Below, in pieces: positions 40,684 through 50,078 of a DNA stretch of 64,000 nt (position 1 is the stretch's first letter; each line of letters opens with the position of its first letter). This DNA is from an uncultured delta proteobacterium. Its GTDB lineage: Bacteria > Desulfobacterota > Binatia > UBA9968. Location: assembly GCA_963745035.1 (NCBI GenBank), contig CAVUVW010000006.1, positions 1 through 64,000 on the forward strand, in the 5' to 3' direction. The position numbers and the translations under genes are program-made. Below the pieces are notes generated by a model that saw only the letters and a program-made list of their open reading frames with translations, was not told the DNA's origin and did not search any database.

Positions 40684-41250
40684 AGAGACGCCAAGCACCC
40701 CCAGGACCTCGTCCCAGTGGCTGCAGAACGCCACACCCACCGGGCAATCATCGATCTGTGTTCGCCCGTGTTGCAGCCAGACACGCCGCAATCCTTCCAG
40801 CCGTACGTCGCGGAGGTGTCGAACATCATCGTCGATAAGGACATGAGCGCCGATCTGGTGACACACCTGCTCCTTGCTGGAGTCGTGCGACGTTATGACC
40901 TCCCTGATGGAAAGCGCAAGACCCATTCGCTCGAGCCACTCTCGAGCGTAGGCAATGCGATGCAGCCGTCTGTTAGTAACGACGAACACATCTCCAATGA
41001 CTGTGAGGGCACGAAGCGCGTTTGCAGCGCCGGGGACTTCCGCTGCTGCCAGGGTGCTCTCACGTTCGTACACGTAGTCGTTCATTTCCTCATATGGACT
41101 TTTCCCAATGAGAGGCACGCAATCAGTGCGATTGCATTGCCACGGCTCTACGTCCCGGCCCACATGTGTCTTGATCCACTTCATCGCCTCGGCATTGGTA
41201 TTCGCAATCGTGCCGTCGTAATCTACCGCGATGATCAGTCTTGTACTCAT
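40678..41250 (-). CDS. HAD-superfamily 5'(3')-nucleotidase-like protein (gene cassette)
   Basis: IAVDYDGTIA, FVVTNR, VLIDDD; cassette start GTTAGCCAGA is complementary to end TCTGGCTAAC. Confidence 0.82.
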   Translation of the reverse strand: MSTRLIIAVDYDGTIANTNAEAMKWIKTHVGRDVEPWQCNRTDCVPLIGKSPYEEMNDYVYERESTLAAAEVPGAANALRALTVIGDVFVVTNRRLHRIAYAREWLERMGLALSIREVITSHDSSKEQVCHQIGAHVLIDDDVRHLRDVRLEGLRRVWLQHGRTQIDDCPVGVAFCSHWDEVLGVLGVSG

Positions 41251-41263
41251 CCAGGCCCTTTCT

Positions 41264-41353
41264 GGCTAACGTCGTGGTGAACGGCGGGCCGCAGCGACGG
41301 TCTTTGCGTTGGCACGGTGGTTCGCGGCCCGTCCGTTCCACCTAGAGTTAGAG
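41264..41353 (-). repeat. attC site (90 bp)
   Basis: Minus strand CTCTAAC...GTTAGCC; dyad GGTGAACGGCGGGCCGC/GCGGCCCGTCCGTTCCACC; 12-bp complementarity TTGCGCTCTAAC to the first-cassette start. Confidence 0.9.
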
Positions 41354-41363
41354 CGCAAAAGGC

Positions 41364-41852
41364 TCAATGCGCCTCCTTGGCGAGGCGGTCATCACGCTCG
41401 CGCAGCAGCCAGTAGACCACGCCGAGCACAAGGGTTGCTCCAGCCAGCGCCGCAATGGTGCTTGCGGCGGTGGCGCTGGAATCGAGAATGACGAACTTGC
41501 GACTCAACGCAATGAGCGCGATGAGCACCACGGTCTTGACCTGGATGATGCTCGAGCGCCGAAGAGCAACGCTAACAATCGAATGCTTGAATTCCATGGC
41601 GATGAGCAGCGTCATGATCATGCCAAAGAGCGCCTGAAAGACGTCATGTTCCAGTGGATCTATCGCGCCGCTAAGCAACAGCGGCACGATGCGGATGACC
41701 AGCTGCACGAGCGCTAGGGCGATGACCACTGAGATCACGAGACTCAGAACGATCGCAACAATCTGCTCGAAGCGCTCGTAAACGGACATGATCGGCCAAT
41801 GCTCACGTGTTTCCGCAAAGAACTTCCGCGGCGCGTGGCGTTTGTTGTCCAT
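41364..41852 (-). CDS. PsiE-like membrane protein (first cassette of array 1)
   Basis: YERFEQIV, LLIAMEFKHSI, VLIALIALSRKFVILD. Confidence 0.85.
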   Translation of the reverse strand: MDNKRHAPRKFFAETREHWPIMSVYERFEQIVAIVLSLVISVVIALALVQLVIRIVPLLLSGAIDPLEHDVFQALFGMIMTLLIAMEFKHSIVSVALRRSSIIQVKTVVLIALIALSRKFVILDSSATAASTIAALAGATLVLGVVYWLLRERDDRLAKEAH

Positions 41853-41876
41853 TTGTCGCTCCGTTCTTGCCTTGCG

Positions 41877-41935
41877 CTCTAACTATTAAGTGAACGAATT
41901 AGACTAACCTTGTGTTGGCCGCTTATTCCCAAAGC
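41877..41935 (-). other. attI-like site 1, downstream of intI
   Basis: Minus strand GGGAATAAGC...TCACTTAATA/GTTAGAG; begins the first cassette; no full-length attC hairpin. Confidence 0.75.
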
Positions 41936-42089
41936 ATGTTTCACTGAAAAATATCAAAATTACCAGCTTTATCGTCCACTTTTCTGTTGCAAGTCAAGGT
42001 TCTTATGATCAGCAATTGCGGCCAGTTTGACCGCCTATCACTCTATTGGCCCGCAGCCTATTCCGGAGACCACAGGGTAGTTCAAGTCT

Positions 42090-43168
42090 TTAGAGACGGT
42101 CTGCCGGGCTTCGAACGCCTCTACCGCCGCGATCAATACATGCGTATAAATCATGGTCGTGCTGACATCGCGGTGACCGAGCAACTCCTGCACCGTCCGG
42201 ATATCGTACCCATCCTCCAATAAATGCGTCGCGAAAGAGTGTCGTAAAGAATGACATGTGGCTGGTTTTGGTATCCCGGCATTGCGAACAGCCTCGCGCA
42301 CTGCTTTTTGTAGCACCGATTCATGGAGATGATGCCGGTACTGCAATCCGGTGTGGCGGTCAATGTAGTATCTTGTCGCAGGAAACACCCATTGCCATAC
42401 CCATTCTCGGTTAGCGTTTGGATATTTCCTATCCAGCGCGTTCGGCAACACAACTCGCCCTAAATTATTCTCAACATCATACTGGTGTTGTCGTTTGCCA
42501 TTGTTGAGATGCTTAGTGAGTGGTTCTTTCACAGCTGTAGGAAGCATCGTGTAACGGTCCTTGTCTCCCTTTCCAGCGCGTATAACGATTTGGTTTTGCG
42601 AAAAATCAATGTCTTTTACCCTGAGCCGGCAACATTCCATGAGCCGAAGGCCGGCGCCGTAAAGCAATGTCGCCATGATTTTTTCGGTTCCTGTAAGCTG
42701 ATTCAGTAGGCTTTGGATCTCCGCACGGGTCAATACGACCGGCAACCGTAGAGCTTTTTTCGCGCGTACTACGCCGTTCACATAACCGATCTCTTTTTCT
42801 AATACCTGGTGATAAAGAAACAGCAATGCGTTCAGGGCTTGGTTCTGCGTGGAACCGCTCACCTTTGATTCGGCTGCCAAATTAGAAAGGAAACGCGCTA
42901 TTTCCGGTTCCGCCATTTCTGCAGGGTGCCGTTTATTGTGGAAAAAGATGAACCGTCTGATCCAATGGACATAGCTGCCTTCAGTCTTGGGACTGTAGTG
43001 TCGGGTGCGGATTGCCCGGCGCACTTGATCGAGCAATTTCGGCTTCATCGCCGTGGCTATCGACCGAACGCCGGCTGCGGCGTTCAATCCACCGTCAATC
43101 ACCGCGAGCGTACGGGTTGGCTGCCTGGGTGCGTCAATGTTCATCATCCTAACCGCTCTCCTTGTCAT
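42090..43168 (-). CDS. intI: Integron integrase
   Basis: [34 protein letters not shown], IntI-specific insertion ([28 protein letters not shown]), [28 protein letters not shown]; one added base restores the canonical [15 protein letters not shown] end at 42090. Confidence 0.95.
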
Positions 43169-43264
43169 CCGCGTCTCGCAGCACCCCCTCTAGGGTTGAC
43201 GAGGAATGACGGAACGAAGCTTGGCACAACGCTGGATAAGCTTCCGCCCGTACTGCAGCGCAGT

Positions 43265-43350
43265 GTTCAAACCGTTCAAGAGTTCAAGGTTCAACGCTGG
43301 AGAAACAAAAACAGTCTAGAGAACTTTGAACTTTCAACCTTGAACTTTTT
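43265..43350. repeat. Inverted pair of GTTCAA tandem repeats between lexA and intI
   Basis: GTTCAAACCGTTCAAGAGTTCAAGGTTCAA...TTTGAACTTTCAACCTTGAAC. Confidence 0.65.
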
Positions 43351-43364
43351 AGTCCCCCGCCCAC

Positions 43365-43974
43365 TTAGAATTTTCTCAGCAATCCCACCACCCGCCCCAC
43401 GATGCGGAACTCCCCTTCGGAGACAGTGATCGGCGGGTACTTTTCGTTCTCCGCCTTGAGCGTGACGACGCCGTCTTTCTCGAAGAACCGCTTGAGCGTC
43501 GCCTCGCCCTCGATCACCGCGCACACGATCTCGCCGTTCTCCGCACTGCCCTGCTGCTTCACGATTACCCGGTCGCCGTCGAGGATACCGGCGCCGATCA
43601 TGCTGTCGCCTTTGACCTGCAGCGCGAACCTTTTTCCGCTGCCGATGTCGTCGGGAATGGTGATGGTGCCTTCGAAATTTTCTTCGTTTAGGAGCGGCTT
43701 GCCGGCGGCGATCCTGCCCAGAACCGGCAGCCTGGCGGGTCGGGCTAATGGCCGCTTGGCCCAAAGCGTTGACGATCTCGATGGCGCGCTTGCCGACGCG
43801 GCGGATATAGCCCTTTTTCTCCAAGGCCTTCAGATGATCGGAGACGCCGTTAGTCGAAGTGATCTTGAACTGCCTGCCGATCTCGTGCATCGACGGTGCG
43901 AAGCCCTTCTCGCGAATGGTTTTGAGCAGAAAATCGTAGATCGCTTTTTGCCGGGAGGTCAGCTCGGGAAGCAT
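43365..43974 (-). CDS. lexA: LexA repressor (frameshifted)
   Basis: [37 protein letters not shown] wHTH; GRIAAG cleavage site; KGDSM and EATLKR catalytic dyad. Confidence 0.93.
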
Positions 43975-43981
43975 GGTTCAC

Positions 43982-44010
43982 CATATACTGAAAATATTTT
44001 CAGTAGTCAA
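43982..44010 (-). promoter_or_regulatory. lexA promoter with perfect 20-bp palindrome (candidate SOS box)
   Basis: TTGACT-N17-TATATG; TACTGAAAATATTTTCAGTA (43986-44005) covers the spacer; ATG lies 7 nt after the -10. Confidence 0.8.
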
Positions 44011-44163
44011 GACGCGCCCTCATTCAGTGGCATCGACGAGCTGAAAAAATCATGGGCGCGGCATTTCAAACCAGTTTTTTCATTTTTCCCCGCACGTCAG
44101 GAGCGTCCCGACTTGACGCGGATTCGGCGACCGGCGTATTTTCGGAGCAATGGGAGGTGATCC

Positions 44164-45135
44164 ATGGCGGTTCAAGACAAGTCTATTTTGCATCTCGCGA
44201 CTCACTCCGGTTGGTACCGATTCGAAAGACAGGGCGAGGACTGGGTACAAGCGGACCGCGCGCTGACCTTTTGGCAGATGAGCTGCATCCAGGTCGACCC
44301 GGACAATCCCCGGCGTGTGTATATCGGCACCGAGCACTCCGGCATGTTTGTTAGCGATAACGGCGGAAAAGAATGGCTGCGCGCCAATCCCAACGTCCCT
44401 TGTTTGACCATGTCGTCGATGCTGGCGTTGCCTGGGAAACTCTTGGTCGGCACCATGCCCGCCGCCTTGTATTTCAAACCCAGCGATGCCCCCTGGCAGG
44501 AACTCAAAGGCGTGCGTCAGGGAGCCGCGGGTGGAGTGTTCCCGCCCAATCCCGACTTTCCCGCCCGCACGCGGGTGCTTGCCCAAGAGAAAAACGGTGG
44601 TCGCCGGCTATTTGCCGGCATCGAGGTGGCGGGTATCCTCGTGAGCGATGATGACGGTCAGAGCTGGAACAGCGCCAACGATGGGCTCACCGATCCGGAC
44701 ATCCATCAAATCTTGCCGTCGAAGAAAGTTTCAGGTTTGGTAGTGACCGCCTGCGGCGAAGGCGTCTCGCGCAGCACCGATCACGGCGATCACTGGGAAA
44801 AAGTCACGCCGGCAGGCAATCGCAGCTACGGCAATGCGCTCGCCGAGGACGAGAAAGGCAATATTTATCTCGGCATCACTCAGGACCGGCCGCGCACGTG
44901 GACTCGGGCGGGACGGGCGAATACGGCGATCTTCAAATCCACCGACGGAGCCGACTGGCAACTGCTTACGGAGAAAATGTCCGGCGGCGTTATGGATGTT
45001 TGTTCCGCGCCGGACGGCGACGGCGTGTTCGCCGCGACGGCGGATGGCGAAGTCGTCGCCGTGACCTCAACGGGCAAAGCGCGCACGCTTATCGATGGCT
45101 TGCCATGCATTACGGCGATGGCGCTCGGGGTGTGA
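44164..45135 (+). CDS. BNR/Asp-box beta-propeller protein
   Basis: Repeated SxDxGxxW motifs. Confidence 0.8.
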   Translation: MAVQDKSILHLATHSGWYRFERQGEDWVQADRALTFWQMSCIQVDPDNPRRVYIGTEHSGMFVSDNGGKEWLRANPNVPCLTMSSMLALPGKLLVGTMPAALYFKPSDAPWQELKGVRQGAAGGVFPPNPDFPARTRVLAQEKNGGRRLFAGIEVAGILVSDDDGQSWNSANDGLTDPDIHQILPSKKVSGLVVTACGEGVSRSTDHGDHWEKVTPAGNRSYGNALAEDEKGNIYLGITQDRPRTWTRAGRANTAIFKSTDGADWQLLTEKMSGGVMDVCSAPDGDGVFAATADGEVVAVTSTGKARTLIDGLPCITAMALGV

Positions 45136-45140
45136 AACGT

Positions 45141-45258
45141 CTCGAGTTCCGGGTTTCGTGTTTCGGGTTCGGAATTGAACGATGAAGGTGGCAGTACACT
45201 AAATCCGTATCCGAATTCGGCCTCAGCAGCTCGAAACTGTAACTCGGAACCCGAAACT
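45141..45258. repeat. Inverted pair of 7-mer tandem repeats
   Basis: CTCGAGTTCCGGGTTTCGTGTTTCGGGTTC...CTCGAAACTGTAACTCGGAACCCGAAAC. Confidence 0.65.
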
Positions 45259-45267
45259 GCCGATCCG

Positions 45268-45747
45268 CTAGTCACCCGGCAAGCGCTGGTACTTTCCCTT
45301 GAAGAAGAGCAGCGGCCGCTCGCCGGTCGCAGCGACATTGATGATCTCGCCGACGACGATCGAATGATCGCCGCCGTCGTGACATTGGGTGATCTTGCAC
45401 TCGACGTAGCCGAGCGCGCCGTCGATGATCGCGGCGCCGTTGCTGCCTGGATGCCACCGCAGGTCGGCGAATTTGTCGGCGCCTTTGGTCGCAAACCGGC
45501 GCGAGATCTCTTCTTGGTTCTCGCTCAAGAAATTGACCGTAAAACCGTTCTTCGCCTCGAAGCACGAATAGCACGTCGCGCCTTTGTCGACACTGATGAC
45601 CACCAGCGGCGGGTTCAGTGACAGAGACATGAAAGCATTGGCCGTGAGTCCGTTGGGCGCACCGTCTTTGTCTTGCGTCGTGATCACGGTAACGCCCGTG
45701 GCAAAATGTCCCATCACGCGGCGCAGTTCCTGTGGCTCGATCGGCAT
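45268..45747 (-). CDS. Flavin reductase family protein
   Basis: RRVMGHFATGVTVIT, SLSLNPPLV, GGDHSIVVGE. Confidence 0.9.
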   Translation of the reverse strand: MPIEPQELRRVMGHFATGVTVITTQDKDGAPNGLTANAFMSLSLNPPLVVISVDKGATCYSCFEAKNGFTVNFLSENQEEISRRFATKGADKFADLRWHPGSNGAAIIDGALGYVECKITQCHDGGDHSIVVGEIINVAATGERPLLFFKGKYQRLPGD

Positions 45748-45867
45748 GTTCTCTCTCGCGTACGAAATTTTCTTAAACAGGTAGCAGACGCGCGCCGACG
45801 CTGTCAATCCAGGTGGACTAACGCGGCGGGAAAATGGTAAAAACGAGGCTGCCGAACGGAGGTTCTC

Positions 45868-46423
45868 ATGGCTGTACAAGAACGCAAAGCGGAGAATACG
45901 CTTGACCGCTACATCGCGGAAGTGCGGGCGGCCTGGGGGGACGGTAAAGATCCGCAATTGCCGTTCAAAGTCGCGGCGCTCATGGAAAAGCTTTTCGCGT
46001 CGACGAGTCCGGACGATCCCTGGATGGCCGAGTTGATTCGCGACGGCAAGTCCGTCCCGCGAGCTGTATCGCGATCCGGATCTCGGCTTCATCCAGATGG
46101 GCCATATCCACAAACAGGGCCACGGCAACAAACCCCACGATCATGGTCCCTGCTGGGTGGTCTACGGTTCCTTCAAGGGCATCACGGAAATCACCAAATA
46201 CAAACGGACGGACGATCACTCTCAGGAAGGCGTAGCCAAACTCGAACCCGAGCGCCTCGACAAACTGACCCCGGGCGTAGTTGTGCCCTACCTGCCGGGC
46301 GACATTCATTCTACCAACGCGGTCGAAGGGCCGGGTGTCGTTTTTCGCTTCTTGAGCTACGATCTCGATAAGATCGATCGCTATCGCTATAATCTGGAAA
46401 AACAAACGATCACAAAAGTCTAA
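45868..46423 (+). CDS. Cysteine-dioxygenase-like cupin (frameshifted)
   Basis: PHDHGPCWVVYG...PGDIHS. Confidence 0.65.
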
Positions 46424-46461
46424 ATCATCGCCTGTACTTTGTCTTTCCGCATCATGGGGTT

Positions 46462-47178
46462 TTGATGGGCAGTGACGAAATCTTTTTCGAGCAGATTCGC
46501 TCCGCCGGTTGTTTATCTTACATTCTCGGCTGCGCGGCAGAAAAAGTTTGCATCGTCATCGATCCCGAGCTCGACAAAGCCGACGATTACATCGGCCTCG
46601 CCGAATTCTTGAAGGCAAAAATCCTTTACGCGGTCGATACCCATACCCACGCGGATCACAATTCAGCCTGCAAAGTCATGCGCGAGCGCTTCGGCATCAA
46701 AGTGATCATGCATCGCGCCACCGATGCGCCCTACGTCGATATTCACATCGAAGAAGGACAGGAAATCCGCTTCGGCCGGCAGGCTCTGCAAGTCATCCAC
46801 ACACCCGGTCACACGCAAGATGCCATGTGCCTACTGTTCAAGGATCGCATTTTCACCGGCGATACGCTTTTGATCGGCGGCTGCGGCCGCACCGACTTGC
46901 CGGGCGGCAACGCCGAAGCGCAATACCAAAGCTTGTCGAAGCTCAAAGCGCTTCCCGACGACATCCGCGTGTATCCGGGACATGATTATCGTGAAGCCGT
47001 CTCCTCTCTCGGCGACGAGAAGCAGAAGAACGCCCGCATGTTGATTCCGACTCAGGATGAGTTTGTGCACTTCATGACCTCGCGCCACCCTCCCCTGCCG
47101 CGGAAAATTCAGGAAGCCCTCGAATGGAACCGTACGCCGATCCAGGGGACGCAGAGAGGGATGGGCGAAGGGATCTGA
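46462..47178 (+). CDS. MBL-fold hydrolase, ETHE1/persulfide dioxygenase-like
   Basis: DTHTHADH, HTPGHT, FTGDTLLIGGCGRTD, YPGHDY. Confidence 0.8.
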   Translation: MMGSDEIFFEQIRSAGCLSYILGCAAEKVCIVIDPELDKADDYIGLAEFLKAKILYAVDTHTHADHNSACKVMRERFGIKVIMHRATDAPYVDIHIEEGQEIRFGRQALQVIHTPGHTQDAMCLLFKDRIFTGDTLLIGGCGRTDLPGGNAEAQYQSLSKLKALPDDIRVYPGHDYREAVSSLGDEKQKNARMLIPTQDEFVHFMTSRHPPLPRKIQEALEWNRTPIQGTQRGMGEGI

Positions 47179-47221
47179 ACTTGCCTTGCCCGATATCGGA
47201 ATTCAAGCTAACTTCCTAGTT

Positions 47222-47447
47222 ATGTTGGATTGGTCTTTCCTGCAGCGCTGTTGAGCGGAACCCGAACAAGGTCGGCGGCGAATGGACGTTTTGGGGCACA
47301 CGGGTGCCGGTGAAGGCGCTCTTCGAAAATCTGGAAAGCGGCGCGCGTATCGATGACTTTATCGTTTGGTTCCCCGGGGTTTCACGCGCTCAAGTGGAAG
47401 CTGTACTAGAGCACGCCCAACAAAGTCTGCAGATTGACGCGCGCTGA
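47222..47447 (+). CDS. DUF433 protein (antitoxin-like), frameshifted
   Basis: VERNPNKVGGEWTFWGTRVPVKALFENLE..DDFIVWFPGV. Confidence 0.75.
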
Positions 47448-47452
47448 GAGCC

Positions 47453-47748
47453 ATGCGCGTCCTCTTCGACCAAGGCACTCCCGTTACCTTGCGTCGATAC
47501 CTGCCTATGAAAAAGGTTGGAGTACGCTTGCGAACGGCGAACTGTTGCTCGCCGCTGAACAAGAAGAATTCGAGATTCTGGTGACGACCGACCAGAATCT
47601 CAAACATCAGCAAAACCTGGCGAACCATCGGCTCGCTATCGTGGTTCTAACCACGACCAGTTGGCCGATCATCCAACTGCATCTCAGCGATGTTTCCGCC
47701 GCTATCGATAAGGCAATGCCGGGATGCGTGGTGGAAGTAGATTTCTGA
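47453..47748 (+). CDS. DUF5615 PIN-like toxin (frameshifted)
   Basis: MRVLFDQGTP...GWSTLANGELL...LVTTDQNLKHQQNL. Confidence 0.7.
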
Positions 47749-47775
47749 AAACCCTTTTGTTTGCTTCATACATCG

Positions 47776-49629
47776 ATGAACTCATCCGCTGACTCGATCA
47801 CCGCTGGAATACTCAGCACCGTGCGGCGCTATTGGGGCTATAACGAACTGCGTCCCTTGCAGGAAGAAGCGATCAAAGCGGGGCTGCAGCATCGGGACTC
47901 GCTGGTGGTCATGCCGACCGGCGGCGGCAAGTCGCTTTGCTATCAGGTCCCGGCGGTATTAGCGCAACGCACCGACATCGTCGTATCGCCGCTGATCGCG
48001 CTGATGAAAGACCAGGTCGACGGCCTACGCGAATGCGGTTATCCGGCGGCCGCGATTTATGGCGGCATGCCGCCGCATTTGCTGCACGAGACCGAAGAAC
48101 AGTTCGCCGCGGGCCGCTATCGTCTGCTCTTCGTCGCTCCGGAGCGCTTGCTTACGCCGCGTTTTTTGCAACTCGCCGACCGCGCGAGCATACGAGCGTT
48201 TGCGATCGACGAAGCTCACTGCATCAGCCACTGGGGGCACGACTTTCGCCCGGAGTACCGCCAGCTCGCCCAACTCAAGCAACGCTTCCCCAACGCCAGT
48301 CTGCACGCCTACACGGCAACGGCCACCGAGCGCGTGCGCGCAGATATTGCGGCGCAGCTTCGGCTCAAGAGTCCGATCATTCTCGTCGGCACCTTCGACC
48401 GCCCGAACCTCATCTATCGGATCGTTCCCCGCGCCGACGCACGAGCACAGACTCTGGAAATCCTACGCCGCCACAAAAACCAAGCCGCGATCGTTTATTG
48501 CATTAGCCGCAAGGACACCGAATCGATGGCGAGTTTTCTGCAGGCGAGCGGTTTGCGCGCAGCCTTCTATCACGCCGGCATGGAGGCCGATGAGCGCCGC
48601 CGGATGCAAGACGATTTTGCCGCGGAGGCCATCGACGTGGTCGCGGCCACCGTCGCCTTCGGGATGGGCATCGATCGCAGCGATGTGCGCTGCGTCATCC
48701 ATGCCGCCATGCCGAAGTCCATCGAGCATTACCAACAGGAGACCGGCCGCGCCGGTCGCGACGGCCTGGAAGCGGAGTGCGCGCTGCTGTATTCCGCGGC
48801 CGACGTGATGCGCTGGGAATCGCTCATCGAGAAAAGCGCGGCCGATGCCCAGGAGCCCACGGACGTGATCGCCGCGTCGCGCGCACTGTTGGAGCAAATA
48901 CGCCGCTTCTGCGGAAGCATCAACTGCCGGCACAAACAATTATCCGAATACTTCGGCCAAACCTACGCGAAACCGAATTGCGAAGCTTGCGATGCTTGTC
49001 TGAACGAAGTCGAAGGGCTGGAGGACAGCACGGTCACCGCGCAGAAAATTCTCTCCTGCGTCGCCCGCGCGGGCGAGCGCTTCGGGGCCGAGCACATCGT
49101 CGACGTTCTGCTCGGCGCCAATACCGAACGAATACGACGTTGGGGCCACGAGCAGCTCAGCACGTATGCTTTGATGAAGGGCACGCCCCGCCCGGCGCTC
49201 ACCAACATGCTCTATCAGCTCATCGACAACGGCCTGTTGGAGCGCACCGCGGACGAACGGCCGGTGCTGCGGCTGAACGACTCCTCGCGTGACGTGCTGC
49301 GCGGCAATCGCGCCGTGCAACTGCTTCAGCCAAAAACGAAAATCAAGAAAACCCGAGTCGCGGAAGAATCGTGGAAAGAGGTCGACTCGGGCCTTTTCGA
49401 GCGCCTGCGGAATCTTCGCCGCAAGCTCGCCACGGAACGCGGCGTGCCCGCCTACGTGTTGTTCAACGATGCCACCCTGCGCGACATGGCTCGCGTCAGA
49501 CCCGGCTCGCCCGATTCTCTCCTCGGCATCCACGGCGTCGGCGAGCGCAAGCTGGCTGATCTCGGCGAACGCTTTCTGGAAGCGATATCGGCTTACTGTC
49601 GCGAAAATCGGCTGCCACTGGATGTGTAG
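47776..49629 (+). CDS. recQ: ATP-dependent DNA helicase RecQ
   Basis: PTGGGKSLCYQ, DEAHCISHWGHDFRPEY, QETGRAGRDG, zinc-binding, RQC and HRDC domains. Confidence 0.96.
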   Translation: MNSSADSITAGILSTVRRYWGYNELRPLQEEAIKAGLQHRDSLVVMPTGGGKSLCYQVPAVLAQRTDIVVSPLIALMKDQVDGLRECGYPAAAIYGGMPPHLLHETEEQFAAGRYRLLFVAPERLLTPRFLQLADRASIRAFAIDEAHCISHWGHDFRPEYRQLAQLKQRFPNASLHAYTATATERVRADIAAQLRLKSPIILVGTFDRPNLIYRIVPRADARAQTLEILRRHKNQAAIVYCISRKDTESMASFLQASGLRAAFYHAGMEADERRRMQDDFAAEAIDVVAATVAFGMGIDRSDVRCVIHAAMPKSIEHYQQETGRAGRDGLEAECALLYSAADVMRWESLIEKSAADAQEPTDVIAASRALLEQIRRFCGSINCRHKQLSEYFGQTYAKPNCEACDACLNEVEGLEDSTVTAQKILSCVARAGERFGAEHIVDVLLGANTERIRRWGHEQLSTYALMKGTPRPALTNMLYQLIDNGLLERTADERPVLRLNDSSRDVLRGNRAVQLLQPKTKIKKTRVAEESWKEVDSGLFERLRNLRRKLATERGVPAYVLFNDATLRDMARVRPGSPDSLLGIHGVGERKLADLGERFLEAISAYCRENRLPLDV

Positions 49630-49651
49630 GCCGGGGAGAACCGGTTGAAAT

Positions 49652-49879
49652 TTACCGCCTGATCGAACTCGCTCGCGCGCGCCTGCCGCCGATCACCTGG
49701 ATCTTGTTGCCCGCGACGGCAACGGCCACCTCGCTGATCTCCATGGGCATGGAGCCTTTCGAACCAACTCCCGCGCATGGATAGAGTCTCGACACGATTG
49801 CCAACGCGTGCCCGTCGAGCAAGGACGAGCAGCACGATCGCAAGAGAATATACGCGATCCCCCGCCGGCAAGTTGCCAT
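49652..49879 (-). pseudogene. Kelch-repeat protein fragment
   Basis: MPMEISEVAVAVAGNKIQVIGG, truncated. Confidence 0.35.
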
Positions 49880-50078
49880 GATCGCCTCCGCAACTTACTC
49901 CTGTCCGCTCTACGTGAAGCATCGTCGGACTATCTCGCAAGCGACGAATTACTATCAAGGAATGGCGAGCAGATGCACTTCGCTATGCGAGCTGCGTTAC
50001 ATGCGGGTGACGATCGGTGCGCAAGCGCACCTTACGAGAAACGTCGCGCGCGTCGCTATATGGAAGTCTAGAGAACCA

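Noticed and set aside
36114-43350. GTTC repeats as alphaproteobacterial GTTC-N7-GTTC SOS boxes
   Set aside because: Spacing is mostly N3-N5, and they form tandem arrays in inverted pairs rather than promoter-located sites.
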